DNA of 64,000 nucleotides from Meyerozyma guilliermondii (Eukaryota). The position numbers and the translations under genes are program-made. Location: assembly GCA_051546255.1 (NCBI GenBank), contig CP128816.1, forward strand, positions 1,736,001 to 1,800,000, written 5' to 3'. This document shows, piece by piece, positions 22,901 through 34,400 of this stretch; within the stretch, counting starts at the first letter, position 1; the number at the start of each line of letters is the position of its first letter. The notes below the pieces were generated by a model. That model was not told the DNA's origin. It saw nothing but the letters and a program-made list of their open reading frames with translations, and did no database searches.

Positions 22901-24021
22901 CTGATTAATAACTTCTCTTTTGCAAGAAAGCTCAATGCTTCGTTCTTCTTTTCCTCCATCAGTTCCTTGTCCTTTTCAACAAGCTCAAATCGATTCTCTT
23001 TTTCGATACAAACGTCGTTAAGTTCGTCAGCTTTTGTCGTGTTCTCCTCGATTAAAGATTTGTACTTGGAAGTTCCAATGATATCCTCCAAATATTCTAA
23101 AAGACCATCATCGTTCTCCTTCTCAGCTTTCGCTTTCATTTGAGCAATCTGTTCGACTTCACCTTGAAGAATTAAGAACCTTTTATGGTCTAAATCGATT
23201 CCTTGGTCCTTCAAAAAGCTAGTGACCTCAGTGTAGTTACTGCCTTTTCCATTGATATAGTACTGGGAAGAATTATTCTTGTATGCTTTTCGACTGATGA
23301 CAAGCAGCGAATTGGGCACCACGGTGGAAACAACTGGATCATCATTGCTGTCTATGACGTGGTTGAAGTGTATATCGACCTGGCAAAAATCGAGTTTCTC
23401 ACCTCCAGCGGAATTGTGAATAAGTTCGGACAACTTGCCCTGACGCATTTTCAGAGCACGAAATCCAAATACAAATAACATAGAATCGATGACATTAGAT
23501 TTTCCACTTCCATTGGGCCCCACTACCGCAGAAAAAGATGCATTGAAAGGACCAATGACTTGTTGGCCCGCATAAGATTTGAAGTTGGTGAGCACTAATT
23601 GAGAAATCACTAGTCGAGACTTTTGTGGAGCCGGCTCAGATGTAGAAGCGGCATTCATGGAAGTTTCGGATACTGATGCTCCTGGTGAAGGGGAAAGTAG
23701 GTTGCCACTTGCTGGATGTGGGATATTGCTGAGTTCAGGTGACGCGTTCGATTCGTTATTATTCATCATAGACTTGCTATTCTCGATCAAATGGTCTTGT
23801 GGTGTTGATTCTGAGTTTACGTCTTCCATAGCTTCGTCTTCTATAATCTCGTCCTTGAGAGCTGAGTCTAGATTCAATGAGGCTTGATGGTTGGTGTTTT
23901 GTTCATCATCTTCTGAAGTCCTATCAGGGGTAATATAATCACTATTGTTGATAAAAGTTGATTCTTGTGGTTCCTCTTCAGTCGGGCGAGATCGCTTGAG
24001 TGCCCGTTTCTGGCGAGGCAT
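19942..24021 (-). CDS. SMC4: Condensin SMC ATPase subunit
   Basis: Walker A GPNGSGKSN, hinge GFYGRLGDLG..GTMSGGG, signature LSGGEKTLSSLAL and Walker B YVMDEIDAALD. Confidence 0.97.
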   Translation of the reverse strand: MPRQKRALKRSRPTEEEPQESTFINNSDYITPDRTSEDDEQNTNHQASLNLDSALKDEIIEDEAMEDVNSESTPQDHLIENSKSMMNNNESNASPELSNIPHPASGNLLSPSPGASVSETSMNAASTSEPAPQKSRLVISQLVLTNFKSYAGQQVIGPFNASFSAVVGPNGSGKSNVIDSMLFVFGFRALKMRQGKLSELIHNSAGGEKLDFCQVDIHFNHVIDSNDDPVVSTVVPNSLLVISRKAYKNNSSQYYINGKGSNYTEVTSFLKDQGIDLDHKRFLILQGEVEQIAQMKAKAEKENDDGLLEYLEDIIGTSKYKSLIEENTTKADELNDVCIEKENRFELVEKDKELMEEKKNEALSFLAKEKLLISKKSIQYQTNIQEHQKKLNDVEAKREELEEQLKAEKEGNKELTDKIEECSKLQKEISRVIDELSNQLNSLLKRSKAVNKVYVSGDEKIKNMTNKIKKAAKNQQSLKLVLSTSTSKLEESNKNMEDLKDELSQLTKNLESEKHVLDEIRRRLTDKTSVFAKQIEAIQTKLEPWNDQLKEKESEIQLVTSSIDMLQKEKENALNQIEEYKQKLINIKTEGKEKEQELINARQKLDQISEQIQLGQSACEVEQKSLESKQSQLLAVRQQTQEAITSLSSHKNKSKVLTSLVRLAKSGRIDGFYGRLGDLGTINDRYDVAISTVCPGLDSMVVETVETAQACIDYLRKNKLGYATFICLNKLRNFNLDPISVPPNLKRLFDMITPQDQKFAPAFYSKLYNTLVTSTLLEAKQVAYGAKRWKVVTLDGKVVDTSGTMSGGGTVSAKGAMKLESAKKSTQADVTEEEVEELRNKLQVLEGEFDKARSELKEKQINLRKLQDLKPETEFSISRLELDIQSLVAEKKDILRICKNLISEHEKSEQSSDAERELNSKLAKRKLLEEERDQLKSQMASMEAEVTMLEEKIMEAGGVELRLQSSKVDSTRQKIEIINDKISNDRMLIKKLENEIKKHTRILESSEIELKTSEDELTAFRGQLELVTEELNDISKQVELLNEQKEAKEDEREKVKIQMEEWMLQINEFRSKEIDIENKLEKVNGFIKRTKHGIKTNEEELKSLIVRDVSEYIGWLEESERKQYDGAAIDYLPEDELALLDMDSINQEISELEDYMKNVKVDIEILKEYGAKKAEYEERRDDLNVAVQERNDLSEFCENLKKRRLDEFMEGFNTISTSLKEMYQMITMGGNAELELVDSLDPFSEGILFSVMPPKKSWRNISNLSGGEKTLSSLALVFALHKYKPTPLYVMDEIDAALDFRNVSIVANYIKERTKNAQFVVISLRNNMFELAQQLVGIYKVNNMTKSVSLKNKSFLENV

Positions 24022-24185
24022 GTTGTTATGTTACAGTAAATAACACGGTAGAAGGAATCACCAAACTATAAACAAGTACACGTGAGAAACTAAATGTGTT
24101 TTATGCAGTACATACAGAGAGGAACAGAGGTAGTCGTAACGTATTCTATGCCAGGGTTGGAAAGTATGCAAAGGGGCTTTCATTT

Positions 24186-24866
24186 CTAATCCTTCTTCTT
24201 ATCCTTCTTGTGCTTTTTGTCTTTTTTCTCTTTCTTTTCCTTCTTTTCTTCCTTATCTTTCTTTTCCTCTTTGTCCTTCTTTTCTTTCTTCTCCTTCTTC
24301 AGTTTATCCTTTTTATCCTTTTCAACGCTCTTTTTGTGTTTCTTGTCGTCGTCAACGTCGTCTTGATTTTCTTGATCGTCTTCATCTTCTTCCATTAGTG
24401 TATCCTGTGTCTCTTCTTGCTTAGGTTCTTCTATACCGTCTATGTCTTCAGTAGTCTTTGTCCCTTCATTTACTGTTGTTGACTCGCCATCGTCATCAAA
24501 TTTGATCTTTTTATTCTGGTGAGCCCCGTTCTCTACGTCATCATCGCCAAACTTGATTCTTTTGTTGGATGATTGAGGTTCCACTGAAACCACTGGAGGA
24601 AGTCCTCTGAGATCTCTTTGAATTCTTCCTAGCTGACTCAATACGGTACTGTTGTCTCCCAGCGGAGAAAAGCCTACTCCAAGATCTTCTCCGTTTAATT
24701 GAGCTCCAGGGAGGGCATTTTTCCACTTCTCAGTTTGATCTATAAAATGAGTTACTTCTCTTTCTGTCTCCTCTAGCGTTACGGAGGTACTGCTAAGAAA
24801 CTTGATAGCTGTGGGGTAGTTTACCGAAGAGTTATTGACCCTCCTGGACCTGAAGGCACCTGACAT
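24186..24866 (-). CDS. RPA14: RNA polymerase I subunit A14 with extended acidic and KKE/D-repeat tail
   Basis: SQLGRIQRDLRGLPP matches the Rpa14 core as recalled (S. cerevisiae SQLKRIQRDFKGLPP). KxIKF motifs; PAC and RRPE elements upstream. Confidence 0.82.
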   Translation of the reverse strand: MSGAFRSRRVNNSSVNYPTAIKFLSSTSVTLEETEREVTHFIDQTEKWKNALPGAQLNGEDLGVGFSPLGDNSTVLSQLGRIQRDLRGLPPVVSVEPQSSNKRIKFGDDDVENGAHQNKKIKFDDDGESTTVNEGTKTTEDIDGIEEPKQEETQDTLMEEDEDDQENQDDVDDDKKHKKSVEKDKKDKLKKEKKEKKDKEEKKDKEEKKEKKEKKDKKHKKDKKKD

Positions 24867-24900
24867 CGTCGTATGTAGTTCGTTACGTCGTATGGACTCA

Positions 24901-25002
24901 GCTCATCGCGGCTCAAATTGCACTCTAGATGCAGTACTGTGATTACGCAATCGCGAAAAACTTGGCGTAAACTGGGTACTGTTGATAGTACGGAATTTTT
25001 CA
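24901..25002 (-). promoter_or_regulatory. PAC (GCGATGAGC, 24901-24909) and RRPE (TGAAAAATT, 24994-25002) in the short bidirectional RPA14/bL34m promoter
   Basis: Both motifs read on the minus strand in the usual RRPE-then-PAC order towards the RPA14 ATG. A CGCG with A-tract (TCGCGAAAAA) lies between them. Confidence 0.75.
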
Positions 25003-25025
25003 ACTCTCGCATTCAGTAGTACATT

Positions 25026-25361
25026 ATGTTCGGTTTGGCAGCTTCGACCAGGGGCATTTGGCCAGTTTCCCAGAGGTTGATACAGGCCCAGAGCCGGAAC
25101 TTTACGTCCTTGGTTCGTTCAACTCCATTGGCAAGACCAGAAATGATCAAAAATGTGAATCGCATTCCAACAACTGTCTCCCCTATACTGTCCTTGCTTG
25201 AAATAGTACAAAGACGATTCAAATCCAGGGGTAATACATACCAGCCATCAACGTTAAAGCGTAAGCGAACTTTTGGTTTCTTGGCGAGATTGAGAACCCG
25301 GAATGGAAGAAAGATATTAGCAAGAAGAAAAGCAAAAGGTAGGTGGTACTTGACCCACTAA
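25026..25361 (+). CDS. Mitochondrial ribosomal protein bL34m (YDR115W/Mrx14 orthologue)
   Basis: Basic amphipathic presequence, then [44 protein letters not shown] (L34 signature). Confidence 0.93.
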   Translation: MFGLAASTRGIWPVSQRLIQAQSRNFTSLVRSTPLARPEMIKNVNRIPTTVSPILSLLEIVQRRFKSRGNTYQPSTLKRKRTFGFLARLRTRNGRKILARRKAKGRWYLTH

Positions 25362-25427
25362 AGCATGTAAATAGCAATAGAGATGACGAGAAAAGGTTAG
25401 CAAAATAAATATTCGTTAATTCGTATG

Positions 25428-28400
25428 TTAGGCTTTGCCCAATATTTTTGAGTACTGCGTTTCAATCTGGTGAATGAATTTTTGTAGTGTGACGATTGCA
25501 AGTTGGTGAGTAGCATCAGGGAATCGATTTCTATGCAATCCAAACCATTCCAAAGGAGGTGTGGCATTACCCAACTCCTTAAGTCTGGGCGCTTCGATGA
25601 TAGGTGGAGCAAGTGGGGTATATTTGTAACTTGATTCTTCCGTCACTTTGGCAAGCGTATCATTGATGTCTTGTTCCATATCTTGCTTCTCAGTTAAAGG
25701 TGTACGCAAGGTGTTTTCGTCAATCTCACCTTCTTTTCTGTATTTTATTCTTGTGAGCCACGCTCGCTTGTGAATGGCATACATCTCTCGAATGAAGTTT
25801 ACGGAACCCAAGTTCCATTTCACTTCAACAGTTCCTCCAAATGCTGATTGGAACAAGTATTCAATTTCTTGTGATTCATATTTTTGATAAGTTCTCATGC
25901 AAATCCTGAGAGAAGGAAATACAAAAATATTGCCCCCTTTGGCTTTATGAGCAAGCTCCACAAATTCAGTAACGGTTCCATTGAGTACAGTTTCCGGTTT
26001 AATTGGTGCGGTCACCGATAATGACACATTTATGCCGCTAAATTTCACATCAAGCTGGTTAGAAACACCGGCAGTGATTTCTGTCTGTTGAAAGTGAGCT
26101 CTGGATTGATCAATCTTCATCACCAATACCTTGGAATCCTCGAGAGATGATGGGTAAACGTAGATGCGAAGATTACCCAAGAGAACTTCGATTCGAAACT
26201 CGAGCTTTTTCACAGTCTCTAACATGATTCTGCTAGCTGCAATGGCTAACCCTCCATTTTTCTTTTGTTCCTGACCGTACGAATCCCAAAGAGTCTCACT
26301 ATAAGACCGCCTATTCTCTTGAATCATCCGCGAGACAGCATTGTTGATATCAATAATATTCGATGCCGCCAAAGACGTCATATATAGCTCTGCTGATTCG
26401 ATATTCGCGGTAACGAATAGATGGTCCTTTGAGATCGTGTGCTCGTTCTTCTGGTTATAGACGTCAAGTGAGCTTCCTCGCAAGTCTATGATCGCGAAAA
26501 CATGGTAATCGAAAGACGCTTTCACCTGAAGGGAATCGATACCACCAGATACTAGGATGAGTGGGATATCAAGCACTTCGGCTCCATACTTCCATCTGAT
26601 GGCGGTATGAAGAAATGCGTCCCTAAGTTGTATGTTTCCCCCGAGTCTACCCTCCGATGTAAGCAGCACAATGTCGGTACCAATCTTCAAATCTTGAGCC
26701 CAATCGGTCGATTTTTTCGATACTAGCCAAAAGTTATTGAGACTCAAATTGAAATTACCAAGCAGCTGCCCGACGTCCATTTGGAACGACATATTGGAAA
26801 CCACAAGAGTAAATATCCATGGAATTGCATAAGTGGTGGAAACCTCCTTGAACCTTGAAGATATGTTTCTGGAACTTGATAGATGATCTGACTGCGTAAC
26901 AGATAATTTGCTTCTTTGTGGGGTAGGCTCTGAGACGTTTTTAGCTTTGTACAAAGACTTGGGAAACCAAATATCTTTGAACAAGTCGACGTCCTGAAAC
27001 TGCTTTGCATCCACTGAGCCAACCACATCAGATATAGAGCACGATGAGATCACGCTGGTCGTTTTACCCATCTCCACTGAGCTTAAAAATATAACTTGCG
27101 AAACCTTAAGCGAGGCACTTATTTCACGGGAGTATATGTGTTGAAGTGAGGCGTAAAGTGGGTTCAAGCGAATCGCAGCAGTAATTGAGGTATGTTCTTT
27201 CTCGACAGTATTGATCTGAATGTAGATACCGTCGATTCCAACTACTGCTTCGACTCTTGCGGTGGGCTCACAAGACAAGGCTAATCGCTGCTTTTCAAAG
27301 CGAATTCCCACATGAACATCAAAATCTTGAAGTATGTTGGTCATACTGCTCTTTGAACTTGTAATCAGCAGCTTTCTGCGCTCTCTGGCAGCTTGTTCAT
27401 TCATGCTTACATCTTTGCTGGACGTACGCATCATTTGCTTGAAACCATTGGCGAATTCAGCCATGACTGGAACACATGAGGCGTATACTGTGTTGTCAGA
27501 AGCACTGGCCATTACTTCTGATTTGATGACATGCCTCTTTGGACCATGCTTGTTGTGAGTATACTTGGTGACAAACTTGACGGCTGGTGAATGCAATGAT
27601 AATGCTGGTGCATCACTCACACTGACTTGGTCGTTGCTCCACAACACCATGTTAGAACCGGCAAATGTTGCCTGGAATTCGACTGAAGTAAACCATGGTT
27701 TGAATGGACGTTGTTCTGGTTGCTTTTCTTCTGTGCTTGTAACATGCTCGCTCCTTAACTTATCCAACAAGCGCTTCACTTCGTTTCCTGACTGAATTAC
27801 TCTTTCGACCAATAGCACTGAATTCGAGAGGAAGCAAATATCCAACTCGTCACCCGTGAGAATTATAGTGAGGTTCTTCTCTCCGCTATTAACCTCCTCA
27901 ATAAAGTAGCAGAGTTGGATGTTGGGTAAAAAGGCTCTGTTTAGACTTACTCTTTCCGACAGCGTACTGAAGAAATTAGACGAAGCGGATCCGTTGGCAA
28001 CTGAAAGATATGCATCGATCAAGGTGAACTTACCAAGGTCTTTTTCAGTAACAGCAAAGAACCGCTCGGCTCCCATTATTATTCCTGGGTAGTCTTTATG
28101 TTGCAGTCTAAAGATCCAACCTAAACACCAATTGTAAGAAAGTACATGGACTGAAACAAAGCGAGAAAATATACCATTTTTAGACCCCTGATCGCTCTTG
28201 ACGGGCTTCTTCACCGAATTGTGGCTTGGAACTTCACGGTGGAAATAATTGGACAACCTAGATTCACCAAGCACTTTTAAAGTACTAGCAGTGGTCTTCG
28301 ATAGCTTGTGGGCTATCATTGCAGCTCTCAATACAGCTTGAGGACTCAATACAATCCTGAAGTATTGTGATTCCACTTGCAATGTTTGCCCTTTCGCGGC

Positions 28401-31400
28401 GAAATCATTTGAAACTTTGATGCTGGTATTGAAATCCACCACTGTCGAGAGTGATAAAGGTATTTGCTTATCAACAATCGACACCCTTGTTGAAGGTATG
28501 TATACATCACCAAACACGGGAACTATGCTATAAATCTTCGACGATTGCTCCTTTTGGGTCACCTGTAGAGTTGATATTGAACAAGCCATATTGTCAAACT
28601 CGAAATTTACCCTACTGTTGTCAATACCAACCGATAAGCTGAGATAGTCAATCGAAAAGCTTGACTTGAAAACAACAGGTTTTTCACGCTTGGGACTTGA
28701 TCTTAAAGGTGGAGTATCGTCTGTTTTCTTTGGGCTCTTGTTCCCAAGAACTTCGAAGCATTGACGGAGAGAATCAATTCTGGTCTCCAACTTTGGCAAA
28801 CTCGTTTCGAGCTCCAGCATTCCTTGGAGTACCTTTGGAAAACTGATCTTCGTAAAACCTATGCTGTAATCAAAGTCAAGCAACGTATTCGCAGAATTGT
28901 TCTTGACTAAGACGCTCAATTTCGTGTCAGAATTTTCAAATCCACAGATGACGCTCTTCGCAATGAAAGTACTCAATTCTGTTGACCCGAGCAGAAACTC
29001 GAGAATTTGCGCTCCATTTGAGGAATCAACCGAGAAATCGATATCTCTCGAAGAACTCACTAGCGTTATAGGATCCAAGAAGTTCGCTTTAAACAAGAAG
29101 TTCGCAATACCAAACTTCGCAAATATGTCTGGTGCTTTTCGTGAGCCGCCTAGCTTATCCACTGCTTGAGGTGGGTTGCTCAGTGTGGATGGTTTAGGTA
29201 CAAATGTACGTTGTAATCCCTTGATGTAGTCCACATCCTCTTTGATCATCGCTTCCAAACTTTTAGAAGCTTCCAAATTGTGACCAAATAGATGCATCGA
29301 GATAACATCGGCATCAATTTCTAAGACTTTCGGACCCTCTCTCAAGGTACCCACAGTAGCGGCAGATACTCTAATGTTCTCTCCACTCAAAGAAGCCAAG
29401 TTTTCAGCGCCAACACTGAATTTGATGGCCAGAGTTCCAAGCTGACTAGACAAAGTTATCTGGTTGGTGTCGCCTGCGACACCAAGTCGGAGACCATGAA
29501 CTGCGTTTGATCCTGACATCCTAACAGTTGAGTTCAAAATTTTTAAAGTCTGATCATAAGAGGATATTTTGATTACTCCCGAAACTCTTTTCTGTAATTG
29601 GGTCACAGCTGAATCTGCTTTGGGTGCGATTGGTTCTTTGGGGTTCAGTTCCGATTGTGCTTTAAAAGTTGCCAACAAGTCGATAGATAGAGAGGATATA
29701 AAGGACTCATAGTGCCCAATCTGACACAAAATCTCAACAACTTCATCAGTTGAGGAAATTGCTTCGTCCTTTATAACACCACTGACCAATTTGGCCATGT
29801 CAAGTGAGGCACTGGATGAGTTCAAGATAATCCGATTGGTTTCCTCGTTCATCTTTGAGATTGACAACACGAGACTGCCAACAGCAAATTTATTGAGTCT
29901 TCGGTTGTCATTTGGAGCATTCATTTCACGGTTGAAAACCTTTTTGAATAGAAATCCATTACTCGTATCCACTTCCCAACTTCTCCACCGCGAGAATATA
30001 CCTAAGACATCTTCGTATGCGGTGTCAGGAGCTTCCCATTGAAGATTTTGCAACTTTTCGTTCGTGTCGTTCTCCCATTGCGAGGGTATATTACTCAACA
30101 CATGGCGCAATCTCGTGATAACTTTCCAGCTATCGTAGGTTCTAACATGATCGTGGACAGATCTCAAGACATGTGTGGGCTTCGTCAATACAGCAGAATC
30201 GTGATCGATTCTGTATTGATCACTGGCCATTGTAAGCTTATAAACGAGCTCCGCTTCTGCCTTGGATTCCATATTCGACTGTTTCGAGTTTTCCTTCAAG
30301 ATGGGAGCCATTTTCTCCTTCAAATGTGCGATATAGCATCTCAAGAATTCCACTTGAGCTTCCTCAAGTGATATATCAAAATCATCAATTGTCACCGATG
30401 AAGTCTCGTTATTAGCTGTGTCTATATCTCTCCAAAATTCAGTATTGGTGACCCTGAAGGAGACTGAGGCTGCGAAAGAAGATGGGTCTGATATTGAAAC
30501 AAGAATTTCTTTCACATGGCCAGCGAAAGTAGCTGATGTAGAAGGAAGGGCCTCATCACCTCCAAAATATTTGAATGCTTTCGAAAGCGCCAAAGATGGC
30601 TCATGCAATGACAAAGATAGAACTGGGACCGGCAGTGGCAGATCGAATATAGTTCTTGGATTATAGGTTTCAAACTCACCGACTTTGAATATAACTTCTG
30701 GCACTACTATCCTGGTGCAATCGTCTGCAGCAAGTGATAGTATCAGCTTTCGAATATTGCTGACAATGTCGAATTCAATATTGTCCATTAAAGTCTCCAT
30801 CCTTAGATCTTTGAAGTTCCTTTGTAATCTCACTATGGCCATTACCGCTCCTGAAGTGATGAATGAGTGTATGACCCCAAATTGCAAAATGGCATTTCCG
30901 TGCTTCGAGTCTGGTGATTTCTCGTATTCCGGTTTGAAGTCGGAATCATTATACTCGTAGAGAAAGCTGTCGAACGACGAATCAACGTCGTCGAATGAAA
31001 ATGATGACCTCAAAGAGCCTGATGAGCTCGATGAAAGACTTGGTGTGCTCCAAGTGCTATCAAGGTAGTCATCCCATCCGCCTATTGAGTCGAAGGTCTC
31101 TCCGTTCAAAGGAATACTGACATCGGGCAATGTCAAATTGGTGCTCAAAGATCCGAGAGCACGCTTGTACGTGAAATCACGATCATCTGGAGGAAGTATA
31201 AATGGACATCTATGGAACGGTCCATCGTTAAACTTCACATGCTGTCTTTGAAGCTTTTGCACCTCCAAAGAATTTGCTTTGAGAATAAAGTTACTAAGAG
31301 TCAACGAGGTGTTGAAGTATCCTAGCACTTTTCGCTCGCCTCCACTTTCACTTTCGCCTAATACACTCGCGGTAATCTCGGGTAGGTAAATCGAAATACG

Positions 31401-34400
31401 AGTGTTGTACCTGCCGTTGGGGAGATCATTCAAAGAAACGACTAGCGATCCTAAATTCGCCACAAGTATCGGACAGTTTGTTGGTTCAACTGCAGGTCTA
31501 ACATTGATAATGAAGCTAGGGCACCTGAAGGAGAAGTTTGCGGCATCGTGCACTATTGGGAGCGTAGGCACGAGACAATTTTCAAGGTCCTTGAAAGTAA
31601 ATACGAAGCTTTTGATGCTTGTAAGAAGTCCTGTGAGGAATTTTGCCTGACTGTCAATTTCGATAGAACCAGCAGCAAAATCCCACTTGCAGTAATAGGT
31701 TATCTGGTCAGGAGGAGGTCCGAACATTCGATGGGCGTGAATGTTGAGCCCATCAACTAAAACTTCTGGGGGACCTTCATTGAAATACTTCTCAACGTAA
31801 GCGGGAATATCAAATATCAATGAATTCTCTTCCTCCTCCAATACAAATACTCCTTGAGTAGGACTAAAATCTGCCTGGATATCCATGTAGTAGTTCGTGA
31901 ATCGAAGATCGATATCAAACGAATCGAAATTGAATGCCACGTGTGAAGCAGTACTGTAGAAATTGTAAGGCAAAAGTAATAAGCCGTGTCTCACCTGAAA
32001 CACAAATTCAACATCAAGATCATTTTCTATCTTGATGAATCTTTCGCCCGCATCTTCCTCTTCTATTTTAGTCTTTAGAGTACTCGAAGAGTCGTAAGGA
32101 GTGTTGATTTCAGGTGATTCTGTAGGCATAGTAGTATACTCTTCAAAAGTTTTGAACTTGACATGATCACCAAAGTAATTTTCTCGAGCTGTAAATAAGT
32201 ATCGCACCAAGTAACCGTAAAACTTCAAGGTTATAAAGTCTCCAACAATTCTGATGATGATGTGGTTTGAAGTGGTTGGGTCAATTATGTTAAAGAAAGT
32301 GTATGAGCCATCAATCGTGAAATCGCTACTACGACCCATTTCTTCTGATCTGGAGAAAGCATCAACGGTATGCCACAGGGGAGTAGAGAGCACCGCACTT
32401 AACGCAGGAGTGTAAATCTTGTAAGATATGGTGGCAGACCGGGTGAGGTTACCGTTTAGGGGTATGGCAACTTGGGCTTCGAGTCTATCTCCTTCAAATG
32501 ACAAATACTTATTGCTGTCGAAATCCAATGGATTGTCAATAATGTTTGAGTCGTTAACGTTCAAGTAGAGTTTATAATCATCCATGTTCCAATCAAGGAT
32601 ATACTCAAATGGTCTCAAGTACTCGTAAGCTGGAGGGGGGCCTGAAGCAAAGTCGGCGAACAAGTCTGAAAGAAGAAAGATATGCTCACGCAACAAAAAA
32701 AGTCTTGCTTTGGTGCTCTGATTTGCAAATTTCCAGAGACATGGAGCGTTCCATCGCAATGGAAAACCTATATCGCAATCCAAAACGTGAGTATCTGCTG
32801 TGAATAGTATATCGTGGTTGACAGAAGATCGAAGCTCAGGTTGTAATAAGTAAAGGGAAAGCTTGTTGGCCCAGCCGTTTTCCCTATTACTAGTGAAAGA
32901 TGTGTATGAACATACAGATGATTTTGCAGCCATCTTGAGTTCAAGCCATCCAAAGGAACGAGCAATTTTTGTTGTAGGCATCGCACCGCTATCAGACTGT
33001 AGGTGGCTGCGAACAATTTCCTTGTCTTTGCTGGCTTCACGTATTGGAATTCTAAAAATCAATTCGTCTTTGACAGACACCACCACTTTGAAACCATCAT
33101 ATTGTCTTTTCATACCCGGCTGAGGCGTGGGCGTGGGACTTGAATCACGAGATAAAGGAGGAAAGAACATTTGTTGCAAAGGCACACGTTGTTTGTCGGC
33201 CCATGGACCATAGTGAATTGTTGCCACCGCAAGCTCTATGTCAACACCGTACTCAGGAGTGGCGTACGTTAAGGGGTCTCCTTCTTGAGGAAAATTGCCA
33301 AGGGAGTCGAAGTAATATATGAATCGGGTCAGGGCAGAGTCCAATATCAAACTGTATTTTGCATACTCTTCCTCTGTGTTCAAGTGAATGTTGTTGGGGC
33401 TTCGGGGCTCATTGTCTATGTAGCGACGCAACCCTCGCCACTCCTTACTTGCTTCCTCGAGCTTGATTTCTGCCTGTCGTTTTTTAGGTCGCAATAAGCG
33501 GACAGCCTTTTTTGAAGCCTGATGAAACTTGTGCCAATATTGATATTGTCGCTGGCGGTTTAGGCGGATGGTTGATGACTTGTGGTTGAGTTGTGAGGTC
33601 TTTGGTTTGGTGTACTTTGATTTGTCGTAGGATATATTTGGTTTCATTGATAGTTGAAATTGGGCCAAACTGAAGTTGTAGACATGACGAAAGTAGTCAA
33701 GAGGGCACGGAGACTGATGGAGGTCTATTATGCCAAATGCTGATTTATAGGATGCCACAAATATGCTGGGGGTGGTAGAATTGCCTAGGATAAGTGTACC
33801 CTTTTTTATCTGAACTCTTATTGGCATTAGACGGAGAAGATAGCTGAGGGAGGTGCTTTCGGCAGGACCCGTTTTAGCTGTGGTAAACTTGGTAGTTTCA
33901 GATGGATTTTTAGCCTTTTCATTAAGCATCTGTTCGATATTGTCATATGCAAATGATCGGTTATACATGAACACCTCAAGGCCCTCGAGGTACAAGACAA
34001 ATCGACAAGGAAGTTTTTCATTCTCATCTCTAGGAATTCCAGATTCAAGCTCTTGTCTCATTTGGTAGTAGAATTCTGATATTCTGATGATTCGAAAGAT
34101 CCAATATCGCCATGAGAAGTTGAGGGCAAGCACCGATATGGTATAATCCTGGGTAGTAATTACCAAGTTTTTCGCAAATATTCGGCCGCCCAACGGTGAT
34201 ATTCTAAGTGATTCGACGGTGATTCTCGTTTTGCTTCGTCTCCAAAGAAACAACTTTAATAGAAACGTAACAATGAATCCAATGAGACGACTGAAGAAGA
34301 AAAGGAACGCCAACGCCACTATAAGAGACAAGATCCAGTCCAGTAAATACACCCATGGTGAAGAGTTCTTTCCACCCACATTGGTGGAAGTATACTGAAA

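Noticed and set aside
24096..24398. Highly hydrophobic F/L-rich plus-strand ORF
   Set aside because: It is the antisense mirror of the K/E/D repeat tail of RPA14.
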